DNA of 64,000 nucleotides from Escherichia coli (GTDB lineage Bacteria; Pseudomonadota; Gammaproteobacteria; Enterobacterales; Enterobacteriaceae): NCBI RefSeq assembly GCF_013122565.1, contig NZ_CP053258.1; one strand, 5' to 3'. Shown piece by piece: positions 55,621 to 64,000 of this stretch (position 1 is its first letter; each line of letters starts with the position of its first letter). The notes under the pieces were generated by a model. It saw only the letters and a program-made list of their open reading frames with translations, ran no database searches and was not told where the DNA came from. The position numbers and the translations under genes were made by a program.

Positions 55621-56844
55621 ATGCTTTTTCCCTTTCGAAAACCTGAAGTACGTCTGCTGAAAAATACCGCTGCGGGCGTCATTTTTTCGGTGAAGTCCGG
55701 TAAAGGATTTCTGCGTCAATGTGTGCTTTACGATCCGCACCCTTATGGGCTTATCCGTTCACTCTGCTGGCAGGATGTCCCGGTAATACGTTTCTGGTCC
55801 GAGGCCGGCTGCCCCACCTGCGCGGAATTTGTCTACACCGGTTTTGCGGATGATGAACAGGGAGCCGCCCGGTTTTTGTCTGCTCTCGAAAACTGGAATC
55901 GCCCATGGTCTGGCTTTGCGGACGCTTTTGCCGCGCTTACACCGCTGTTCTCATGCCTTGCTGATGGCTATTATCTGCTGGAAGATCGTGAACTTTACCC
56001 GACGGATGGCAATGGGCATTTCTTTTGGGCGGCAACGGACCATAGCGCCAGTAATCCGGCAACCGTTGCCGCCTGGGATCCTGAATATTGCTATTTCTGT
56101 GACACCGCCCCCTGTTTTCTTCTTCCTGGACAGCCGCCATCACATTTTAATCCTGAGCGTGTGACGTTTTATCGCGATAAACCGGAAGCCCGCGCTTTGG
56201 CCTGGTATCTCCCTGATTCCTATCTCTGCGTTCTGCTCGACGGGCACCATAAGGCCACTGCTGCCGCACTGGAAGGGCGACCGCTCAAAACACTGGTACT
56301 CAGCACGGCAACCCGTTTTAATGATGAGCAACAAACCCTGGTATTTTCGGGCGGAGAATGTCTGCACAAAACAGAGCTACTGTGCCACGTTCCCAAACTC
56401 ACTGAGTGGAAAACATTACCGCCCGGCGCATGGGAGAGTTTCGGCCCTGATAAGCACATCAGCCCATCCGAAACCTGGTCAGAAGAGTTGCAGCAGAGCG
56501 TCAGTCGGTACCCTTCACTGGATCAAGCCTGGCAAATTGTTGAGGCCGGGAATTTGAGCGAAACTCGTATTAAGAGCATGATCCAACAAGGTTTGGGGGA
56601 GGATGAACAGGCTGATGTAATTTTGCAGGCGCTGTTTTTCACACACTCGCCGCTTTTTATTGACTTTGCCCGATTCGTTATCAGTCATCCGGCATACGCC
56701 AGTTATCGCCCCCTCACCTTCCGGTTGATGGCGCAAAACCGAACGCCGCAAGCAGATGCTTTTTTTCTGGATTTTGCCATCAATGATGACGGCGAACGTC
56801 CGGAGTTGACGAAAATAATGGACGACTATTTTCGCAAGCCTTAA
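55621..56844 (+). CDS. Hypothetical Cys/His/Trp-rich protein of unknown function (about 407 aa)
   Basis: SD AAGGAG 6 nt before ATG at 55621 (ORF-track GTG at 55615 abuts the SD); no recognisable motif; CPTC and CYFCDTAPC clusters. Confidence 0.7.
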   Translation: MLFPFRKPEVRLLKNTAAGVIFSVKSGKGFLRQCVLYDPHPYGLIRSLCWQDVPVIRFWSEAGCPTCAEFVYTGFADDEQGAARFLSALENWNRPWSGFADAFAALTPLFSCLADGYYLLEDRELYPTDGNGHFFWAATDHSASNPATVAAWDPEYCYFCDTAPCFLLPGQPPSHFNPERVTFYRDKPEARALAWYLPDSYLCVLLDGHHKATAAALEGRPLKTLVLSTATRFNDEQQTLVFSGGECLHKTELLCHVPKLTEWKTLPPGAWESFGPDKHISPSETWSEELQQSVSRYPSLDQAWQIVEAGNLSETRIKSMIQQGLGEDEQADVILQALFFTHSPLFIDFARFVISHPAYASYRPLTFRLMAQNRTPQADAFFLDFAINDDGERPELTKIMDDYFRKP

Positions 56845-57252
56845 TCACCCCGCCCGATGATGACAGCAGCCGGAGAGATTTTCGATAATCGGGCAGTCGG
56901 CGCTGTCATCGCCAGGGCAGGCATTCGCCAGCGCCAGTAGCTGGTTGCGCATGGATTGCAGTTCTTCGATATGTCGCTCGATCTCCGCTACCTTCTCCAG
57001 CGTACGACGTTTGACGTCGGCACTGTGACGCTGCGGGTCGTTAAACAGATTCACCAGCTCGCCGCTCTCTTCCAGGTTAAAGCCCACCTGGCGCGCCTGG
57101 CGCAGTAAGGTCAGTTCGTTGAGATGCTGCTGCGTGTAGGTTCGATAACCGTTTTCGCTGCGCATCGGCGGCGTCACCAGCCCCTTCTCTTCATAGAAGC
57201 GGATTGCTTTGCTGGTCAGGCCGGTAATTTTTGCTACATCGCTAATGTTCAT
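56845..57252 (-). CDS. cueR: MerR-family copper-responsive regulator CueR (135 aa)
   Basis: N-terminal MerR HTH ([26 protein letters not shown]) and C-terminal metal-binding Cys pair. Confidence 0.94.
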   Translation of the reverse strand: MNISDVAKITGLTSKAIRFYEEKGLVTPPMRSENGYRTYTQQHLNELTLLRQARQVGFNLEESGELVNLFNDPQRHSADVKRRTLEKVAEIERHIEELQSMRNQLLALANACPGDDSADCPIIENLSGCCHHRAG

Positions 57253-58424
57253 CGTTCGCGCAACGCCTCCTGTGCTTTATTAAAGGGTTTCAACAGATAA
57301 TCCAGCACGCTTTTTTTGCCGGTGCGGATATCGACCGTCGCCACCATGCCGGGAAATATCGGAAACTGCTGTTTATGTTTATTTTCCAGATGGTTGCTAA
57401 AAGTGCGAATGTATACCCGATAGTAATAAACATCGCGCCGCACTTCATCCTGCACGGTATCCGGTGAAATCACCGCCACTTCTCCCGGCAGGCCGCCGTA
57501 GATGGAGTAATCGTAGGCAGTTATTTTCACCAGCGATTTTTGCCCCGGATGGATAAACGCCACATCGCGCGGGGAGATTTTTGCCTCAATCAGCAGTTGC
57601 TCATCCAGCGGCACGATGGTCATCAGTTTACCACCGGGGGCGATGACGCCGCCAACCGTGGTGACATCAATATCCTGAACAATGCCACGAACTGGCGCAG
57701 TAAAGTTGAGCCTGGTGAGGGAGTCTTCACGCCCACGGATCACCGAACGCTGGGTTTCCACTTCCGCATTGGCTTTCGCTAACTCTTCCCGCGCCTGAAC
57801 GTAGTATTGCGTGCGCACGTCGCTGAGTTTGTTTTCCAGTTCATTGGCCTGGCGTTGCAGGCGCAGTACTTCGACGCTGCTCGCTGCCCCCTGTTTTACC
57901 AGCGGCTGGGTCATCGCCAGTTCACGATTGACCAGACTGATCCCCTGCGTCAGCCCGGTGGTGGCTTTGTTCAGCCCGTCGCGGCGAGTGTTGTACAACG
58001 CCGTTTCCGACTCGATAAGTTCGGGGAATTTATTCAGTTCGTCAGGGAAGACCAGCGGTTTATTGCTCACTTCCGCCCGCAGCCGCGCCGAGGTTGCCAG
58101 CGCAGCGTACAGCCGCGACATCGCTTCCTGGACGTCGGATTCCGTTTTAGTGCGGTTAAGCTGCGCCAGCGGCTGGCCCTGTTCAACTATATCGCCAACT
58201 TTCACGTTCAGATGATACAGAATTCCGCCTTCCAGCGACTGCACTACCTGTTCGCGCCCGGAAGGTTCTACCGTGCCGCTGCCGGTGGTGACTTCATCAA
58301 GCTGGAAGTACCACGCCCAGCCAAGAAAACAGAGCAGCATCACAGCGGTAACGCGTACCGCCAGCGCCGAACGCGGCAGGCGGGGTTCGGTCAGGCCACG
58401 ATTGTATTGCAGTTGTCCGTTCAT
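57249..58424 (-). CDS. Type I secretion periplasmic adaptor (HlyD-family membrane fusion protein, 391 aa)
   Basis: N-terminal TM anchor, long coiled-coil, C-terminal beta domain; 4-nt overlap with cueR stop and with the upstream ABC gene. Confidence 0.88.
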   Translation of the reverse strand: MNGQLQYNRGLTEPRLPRSALAVRVTAVMLLCFLGWAWYFQLDEVTTGSGTVEPSGREQVVQSLEGGILYHLNVKVGDIVEQGQPLAQLNRTKTESDVQEAMSRLYAALATSARLRAEVSNKPLVFPDELNKFPELIESETALYNTRRDGLNKATTGLTQGISLVNRELAMTQPLVKQGAASSVEVLRLQRQANELENKLSDVRTQYYVQAREELAKANAEVETQRSVIRGREDSLTRLNFTAPVRGIVQDIDVTTVGGVIAPGGKLMTIVPLDEQLLIEAKISPRDVAFIHPGQKSLVKITAYDYSIYGGLPGEVAVISPDTVQDEVRRDVYYYRVYIRTFSNHLENKHKQQFPIFPGMVATVDIRTGKKSVLDYLLKPFNKAQEALRER

Positions 58425-60583
58425 GCGGCAGACCCCTTATTCTTCTCCTGCAACACCACCCGTCGCGCCGTGGGTTCGCCCTGTTCACGCAAAATGGCCT
58501 CTTTCGCGCCATCCATCACAATCCGCCCCTGATCCATTACGATAATGCGGTCCACCAGTTGCAGCATCGCCGTGCGGTGAGTGGCGATAATCAGCGTGCG
58601 ATGGCCAATCCACTGTTTCAGTTGTTCGATTAAATACGCTTCCGCCATTTCGTCCAGCGAGGCGCTGGGTTCATCGAGCAGCACGATATTGGGTTGAGAG
58701 ATGAGCAGCCGCGCCAGCAGCAGCGTTTGCCGCTGACCACCAGAGAGGCCAAATCCCCCTTCCTGAATCATGTAGTTGAGGCCGTTTTTCTGCTTCTGCA
58801 CAAACGGCAGCGCTCCGCTGAGGATTAATGCGCGTTCGATATCTTCATCGCTGGCCTCCGGCATCCCCATCGTCAGGTTTTCCCGCAGCGAGCCAAAGAA
58901 CAGTCGCCCGGTCTGGCTGAGTAGCCCCATGTCGCGGCGCAGATCCGCCGGATCAAGCTGCTCGATGCTGATGTTATCCAGCAGCACCTGCCCCTGCTGG
59001 GCGATACGCATTCCGGCGAGCATTTGCAGTAGCGTTGATTTACCCGCGCCGTTGCGCCCGAGAATGGCGATTTTCTCACCAGCCTGAATGTTGAGTTTGC
59101 CAATCGCTACATCGGCAATTTTCTCTTCTTCGTCGTAATAAAAGATAGCGTTGCTGAACTGATAATTGCCGTGCAGCACCGCTTTATGCACCAGTTTGCC
59201 GTGTTCCGGCTGATCCACCGGGCGCTTCATCAGTTCATCGAGGCCATTACGCGCCACCTTTGCCTGCTGCCAGCGCGAGAGCACGCCGGATATCTGCGAC
59301 AGCGGCGCGATGGTGCGCGAAGCCAGGATCGTCGTCCCGACCAGTGCGCCAGTGGTCATGTCGCCGTTCATCACCATAAAGCAGCCCACCAACAGCACCA
59401 CGACGTAGACGATGGATTGCACTTCCTGAGTCCAGGTGAGCAGTAGCCCGGTGAGAAAACGTTGCTTCATGCTGATGGACGAGGCCACGTCGTTGGTGTG
59501 GTTCCACTGATTCTGAAAACGCTGTTCAGCGCGCAGCAGTTTAATATCTTCAATCGACTGCACGGCTTCCACCAGCGTAGCGTTACGCACCGCTGACTCG
59601 CGCATTCCTTCGTTCGCCAGCCTCGCCAGCGGGCGTTGCACCAGCAGGCCGGGGATCACCAATAACGGCAGCGCCAGCAAAACCACCAGCGCCAGCCAGC
59701 CGCCGATCATCCACAAAATAAAGACAAACAGCAGGAAGAACGGCAGGTCCGCCACCGCGCCGATGGTGGTGGACGTAATAAGCTCCCGCACCGATTCCAG
59801 TTCGCGGATCTGCGAGATAAACGAGCCGGTGGATTTCGATCGCACGTTGTTTTTCAGCCGTAGCGCATGACCAAAAACGCGATCCGAAATACGCAGGTCT
59901 GCCCGCTTGCCGATCACATCAGAAAGATGCGTACGCACCATGCGCATACAGAATTCAAACAGGATCGCCATCATCACCCCGGCGAACAGCACCCACAGCG
60001 TCGGGTACGATTGCGCCGGAACCACCCGATCGTAAACCTGCATCGAGAAAATCATCGCCGCCAGCGCCAGCACGTTCGCCACCAGTGAGGCCAGCATAAT
60101 ATCGCCATAGCGCCGCCAGTCTTTCAGCGACAGACTCCAGAACCAGTTCGCCTGATACGGGCGAATATAGTCATCCACCCGCGCGTCAGGGATGGCGCTG
60201 AGCGGGCGCAACAGCGCCAGTTCGACGATGTTATCTTCAATATCCGTAACGTTAAGCGTGGTTTCCAGCCCTTCGTCACCGCTGAACTGAACGCTGATAT
60301 TGTCATGATTGTCGCGGCGGGTGATCACGCCAATCTGCTGATTATCAAATACCGCGATCAGCGGCAGACGCCACGGGTTAAGCGAGTCGGCGGAAAACTC
60401 CACCAGCCGCAGCCCCATTCCCAACTGCCGCGCCATGTCGGTGAGCAACTCCTCCCGCTTACTGTCGCGCTCCCAGTTAACGGTCGCGCGCACATTCTCC
60501 TGAGAAAAATCGAGCCGATAATAGCGTGCCACGGCGATCATCGCCTCCAGCCAGGCTTCCACGGACTGGGCATTTTTTTTCAT
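58421..60583 (-). CDS. Type I secretion ABC exporter with N-terminal C39-like domain (720 aa)
   Basis: N-terminal ~130-aa peptidase-C39-like region, 6-TM domain, Walker A GRNGAGKST, signature LSGGQRQ, Walker B ILLDEPSAS. Confidence 0.9.
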   Translation of the reverse strand: MKKNAQSVEAWLEAMIAVARYYRLDFSQENVRATVNWERDSKREELLTDMARQLGMGLRLVEFSADSLNPWRLPLIAVFDNQQIGVITRRDNHDNISVQFSGDEGLETTLNVTDIEDNIVELALLRPLSAIPDARVDDYIRPYQANWFWSLSLKDWRRYGDIMLASLVANVLALAAMIFSMQVYDRVVPAQSYPTLWVLFAGVMMAILFEFCMRMVRTHLSDVIGKRADLRISDRVFGHALRLKNNVRSKSTGSFISQIRELESVRELITSTTIGAVADLPFFLLFVFILWMIGGWLALVVLLALPLLVIPGLLVQRPLARLANEGMRESAVRNATLVEAVQSIEDIKLLRAEQRFQNQWNHTNDVASSISMKQRFLTGLLLTWTQEVQSIVYVVVLLVGCFMVMNGDMTTGALVGTTILASRTIAPLSQISGVLSRWQQAKVARNGLDELMKRPVDQPEHGKLVHKAVLHGNYQFSNAIFYYDEEEKIADVAIGKLNIQAGEKIAILGRNGAGKSTLLQMLAGMRIAQQGQVLLDNISIEQLDPADLRRDMGLLSQTGRLFFGSLRENLTMGMPEASDEDIERALILSGALPFVQKQKNGLNYMIQEGGFGLSGGQRQTLLLARLLISQPNIVLLDEPSASLDEMAEAYLIEQLKQWIGHRTLIIATHRTAMLQLVDRIIVMDQGRIVMDGAKEAILREQGEPTARRVVLQEKNKGSAA

Positions 60584-60586
60584 TAT

Positions 60587-63500
60587 CTACACCACCATCA
60601 ACTGATGATTCGCCAGCAAGGTGGCGAGGTCGGTGTGCACGCCCGTCAGCGTGACCACGTTAGTTGTCGCAAAAGTGCCGCCCGTTCCGTCGCGGTCGAT
60701 CTGCACGATGGTGTCGCTGCCGCTTTGGGTGACTTTGACAAAGTCACCGATGTTTCCGGCCTGCGCATCCAGCGTCGCTACGCCGTTGACGTAGCTGGCT
60801 TTGCCGTTTCCGGTGTAGCCGCTGCCCTGTAACAGTTCGCGAATATCAATGCGATCGGTGTCGGCGGTGCCTTCCCATGTGCCTACCGTAAAGCCATTCA
60901 CCACGTCTGAGCCGTTGCCGCCGGTGGCGTCGCTGGCGTTGAGCAGTTTATAGAGCAAGGTGTCATGGCCGCCGTTGCCGATGTTGAGCGTGTCGTTGCC
61001 GCCGCGCCCTTCCAGTTGGTTATCGCCGCTGCTGCCGGTCAGAGTGTCGTTAAAAGTCGAGCCGGAAATGCCTTCGATATTGGTAAATGTCGAGGTGTTA
61101 AAACCGGTGGCCTGCGCGGCGGTGCTGCTTAAGTTAGCCGTCACGCCCACCGTCGAAAGCCGGAAATCAACCACGTCCATGCCGCCGTTCGCAAGCCACG
61201 TTCCAGTGCCGGAGCTGTACACCCAGCCGCCGGAGCCGTCGTAACTGTCAGTACCTGCGGTGGCAAAGAAGGTGTCGTTATAACCGGTGCCGACGAACTT
61301 GCCGTTATTGCTCGCCGTACCCGCTTCGGCGCTGAGGTCGTAAGCGTGAGTGGCATCGGTAGCCTGCAAACCACCCCAGCTGGTGTTGACCGTCTGGTCG
61401 ATATTGCTGGCAGTGGTACCAGTGGATTTGATCAGCACTGCGTTGTAGGTTTCTCCGGCGTTTAGCCCGTAGAAGTTGACCAGCGCCGAGGTGTCGTTAA
61501 CCCCCATCCCCGACTGTGGGTTGATGATTTGCGTGGCGACCAGCACACCCGCCGAGTTGTACAGTTTTACGGTATTGCCGTAATAGACGTTAATACCGTT
61601 GGGATCGGTGATGCGCAGGTGCAGCGAGGTGCCGTAGCTCACCGTGTTGGTGTTGCGAATAAGATAGACGCTGCCCGACTGTTTAGTCACCAGCACATCC
61701 ACCGCGCCGTCCCAGTCGTAGTCCATTGCCGCCACGCCGCTGGTAGTGCCGCTCTGACTGCTTCCGAGGGCCGATTGTGTCCAGTTGCTGGCGTTGCTGA
61801 CGTTAGTATAAAGATACGACTGCCCGGTCTGGGCGATACGGGCGATATCCATCAGACCGTCATGGTTCCAGTCCACCGCCACGCTAAACTGGCTGGCATA
61901 GGTGGTTGCCGTTGCCCCCACCGCCACCGGACTGCCCAGCACGCCGTTGGTGTTGAATAACAGGGAGCCGTAGTTAGCTCTGCCCTGGCTGGCAGGCAGG
62001 AAGAGATCCATATCGCCATCACCATCGAAATCCGCCCAGGTCATGGAGACAGACGTCGAGTTGCCGCCGCTGCCCGCCGTGCTGAGGAAGGTATTAATAG
62101 TGTTCTGCCCCCAGACAAAGGTGCCGTTGCCCTGACTGATAAGCGAGGACAGCGTGTAATAATTGTTCAGGTTATAGGTGTGCTGAACCAGGTCGACCCT
62201 GCCGTCATTGTTCAGATCGACGCCAGAACCTTCGTTGAGCGAAAGATACCCTGTCACCGCCCCGCCCACCGTGGCGCTCCCTCCGTTGTTGGCGGTGGTG
62301 GAGTTGCCTACCAGGGTGCCTGCGTTGTTCCACAAGAAGGTGTTAGAGTCCGGCCCGCCCGCGTCGCCAATCCAGAAGTCGAGATAGCCGTCGCCTTCTT
62401 TATCGAACGCCACAATCGAGCCGTACCACGTCAGCGTGCCAACGTTGACCTGAATGGCGCTGGAAAAGGTGCCGTCGCCGTTATTAGTAAAGCCGTTGAT
62501 ATACCCCGTACCGTAGTCATCACGGGTAATAAACAGATCGCCCGTGCCGTTGCGATCGTAATCGGCAATTGAACTGGTGGCGTAGTTGTTGCCGCTTTGC
62601 ACCAGCGTCAGGGCAGTCTTCGACCAGGTGAGCGGATCGGTCGATTGCATCACCTGCTGGTTTGCCAGCACCGTCCACATCCCGTGCGTGTCGAGGCCGT
62701 AGGTCAGCCCCCAGGCGGTAGATTTGCTGGCGGTGGTCCAGGTCGGAGTGTAATCAATCGCCGCGTTGACCGTTACCGTGCCAGTGCTGACGTTGGCGGT
62801 GTTGCCGTTGCCCGCCGAGCTTTTTACCTGCGCGGTGACGTTATAGGCGGTCGCAGACGCCGCCAGCGTGTCGGTATCCGGCAGTTGCACATACCAGGTG
62901 TTGTGCGCCGGATCGACCACCACCGCGCCGCCTGGCTGCGAAGTGTAAGTTTTGCCGTTGATCACCACTTCAACATACTGCCCACTGGCAAGCGCGGCGG
63001 TGATCACCCCGCTGATAATCGGCGTGGTATCGCGCGTGGTCTGGCTGGTAATTTGCGCCAGCGTGGTTGGAATAGAGGTATCGACCGTCAGGACAAAATC
63101 ACTGGAGGCGGTGATATTCCCCGCCAGATCCACCACTCGCGCACTGTAGGTGTAGGCACCGCTGACCAGCCCGCTGTCGCTGTAGGTCCAGTTCAGCGCG
63201 CCGACCATCGTCACCGCGCCTAAAAGCAGCCCGTTGCGGTAGAGGTAAACCACTTCACCGCTGGCAAGCGGGCCGGAGAGCACGCCGTTCAGCAACGGCG
63301 TAGTGTCGTCGGTGGCCTGCGAACTGCTTAACGTCCCCTGCCGCTGCCCGACATCATCGGTATACGACACAATGGTCGGCGTGGCGGTGGGGTTAATCGT
63401 ATCGACCACCACAGTTTTCGATACCACCGGACCGGTGTTCCCCGCCAGATCCAGCACCCGCACCTGATAAACGTAGCTGCCGTCGGTCAGCGTGCGGCTG

Positions 63501-64000
63501 TCAGTGTAGGTCCACTGCGTGCCGTTGGTGGTGAGGGTGATCCAGGTCGCGCCGCTATCAAGGCTAATCTGCGCCACTTCGCCGCTGGCAAGCCCCGCTC
63601 CCAGCGAACCGGTCAACGTGAGCGAGGTATCGCTGGTGATAAAGTCAGTTGCCGAACTCCCCGTGTCGGTGCTGATGCTGGCGATGGTCAACACCTGCGC
63701 CGGGTTAACGGTATCGATCTGCGCCGACTGGCTGCCGGTTGCGCCAACGTTGCCCGCCAGATCGACCACCCGCACCTGCCAGGTGGTGGTGCCGTTGGTG
63801 AGCGTGCGTCCGTCAACATAACTCCAGTTGAGGCCGTCTGCGGCTAGCGTCACGTTTACCCAGGTTGCGCCGTTGTCGGTACTGATTTGTGCGAACTCAT
63901 TAGCCCCGAGTGCAGCCCCCAGCACGCCACGCACGGTAAGCGTGGTGTCGCTGGTAATAAAATCGCTGCTGCTGGTTCCGGTGTCATCGCTGATGCCGGT
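60587..64000 (-). CDS. Giant repetitive T1SS-secreted adhesin (Ig-like/FG-GAP/RTX), C-terminal 1115+ aa; N-terminus beyond window
   Basis: ~100-aa Ig-like repeats (…VRVVDLAGN…), FG-GAP/VCBS-like repeats, RTX nonapeptides (GGNDTLNIGNGGHDTL), C-terminal signal ...LLANHQLMVV; stop 3 nt before the ABC exporter start. Confidence 0.88.
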   Translation of the reverse strand, partial: TGISDDTGTSSSDFITSDTTLTVRGVLGAALGANEFAQISTDNGATWVNVTLAADGLNWSYVDGRTLTNGTTTWQVRVVDLAGNVGATGSQSAQIDTVNPAQVLTIASISTDTGSSATDFITSDTSLTLTGSLGAGLASGEVAQISLDSGATWITLTTNGTQWTYTDSRTLTDGSYVYQVRVLDLAGNTGPVVSKTVVVDTINPTATPTIVSYTDDVGQRQGTLSSSQATDDTTPLLNGVLSGPLASGEVVYLYRNGLLLGAVTMVGALNWTYSDSGLVSGAYTYSARVVDLAGNITASSDFVLTVDTSIPTTLAQITSQTTRDTTPIISGVITAALASGQYVEVVINGKTYTSQPGGAVVVDPAHNTWYVQLPDTDTLAASATAYNVTAQVKSSAGNGNTANVSTGTVTVNAAIDYTPTWTTASKSTAWGLTYGLDTHGMWTVLANQQVMQSTDPLTWSKTALTLVQSGNNYATSSIADYDRNGTGDLFITRDDYGTGYINGFTNNGDGTFSSAIQVNVGTLTWYGSIVAFDKEGDGYLDFWIGDAGGPDSNTFLWNNAGTLVGNSTTANNGGSATVGGAVTGYLSLNEGSGVDLNNDGRVDLVQHTYNLNNYYTLSSLISQGNGTFVWGQNTINTFLSTAGSGGNSTSVSMTWADFDGDGDMDLFLPASQGRANYGSLLFNTNGVLGSPVAVGATATTYASQFSVAVDWNHDGLMDIARIAQTGQSYLYTNVSNASNWTQSALGSSQSGTTSGVAAMDYDWDGAVDVLVTKQSGSVYLIRNTNTVSYGTSLHLRITDPNGINVYYGNTVKLYNSAGVLVATQIINPQSGMGVNDTSALVNFYGLNAGETYNAVLIKSTGTTASNIDQTVNTSWGGLQATDATHAYDLSAEAGTASNNGKFVGTGYNDTFFATAGTDSYDGSGGWVYSSGTGTWLANGGMDVVDFRLSTVGVTANLSSTAAQATGFNTSTFTNIEGISGSTFNDTLTGSSGDNQLEGRGGNDTLNIGNGGHDTLLYKLLNASDATGGNGSDVVNGFTVGTWEGTADTDRIDIRELLQGSGYTGNGKASYVNGVATLDAQAGNIGDFVKVTQSGSDTIVQIDRDGTGGTFATTNVVTLTGVHTDLATLLANHQLMVV

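Noticed and set aside
57807-58532. 241-aa plus-strand ORF antisense to the HlyD-like gene
   Set aside because: Shadow ORF inside the T1SS adaptor gene; no SD or motifs.
61529-63223. Several plus-strand ORFs (130-208 aa) opposite the giant adhesin gene
   Set aside because: GC-rich repetitive coding sequence commonly gives long antisense ORFs; all lie inside the adhesin reading frame on the other strand.

Overview
This window is an Escherichia coli-type chromosomal segment, collinear in inverted orientation with the K-12 cusR-to-cueR interval (gene order recalled from memory, not searched). Core content, left to right: cusR (3' part), cusS, nfrB-nfrA-ybcH, envY, tRNA-Arg(UCU) argU, fimZ, the sfmFHDCA fimbrial operon, folD, ybcJ, ybcI, cysS, ppiB, lpxH, purEK, the arcC-ylbF-ylbE-fdrA, allDCE, glxK-ybbY-allB-ybbW-glxR-hyi-gcl, allR, allA and allS allantoin/glyoxylate cluster, selU, ybbP-ybbA, tesA, ybbO, cnoX, fetAB, qmcA-ybbJ and cueR. 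Four departures from the K-12 layout stand out. (1) argU sits 45 bp from envY with no DLP12 prophage, appY or ompT. (2) The selU-ybbP junction lacks the rhsD element and instead carries a 27-codon hydrophobic peptide ORF (absent from the ORF track) with the hallmarks of a type I toxin, plus a candidate antisense sRNA. (3) A roughly 3.7 kb five-ORF insertion lies between ybbJ and cueR: a short YadA-anchor outer-membrane protein, a lipoprotein, a small membrane protein and two unknowns. (4) Beyond cueR there is a type I secretion system (HlyD-like adaptor, C39-like ABC exporter) and a giant repetitive Ig-like/FG-GAP/RTX adhesin that runs off the window end. Several REP/BIME clusters occupy convergent intergenic regions. 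No CRISPR array, IS element or rRNA gene was seen. All calls are by eye from translation and motifs; no database search was run.
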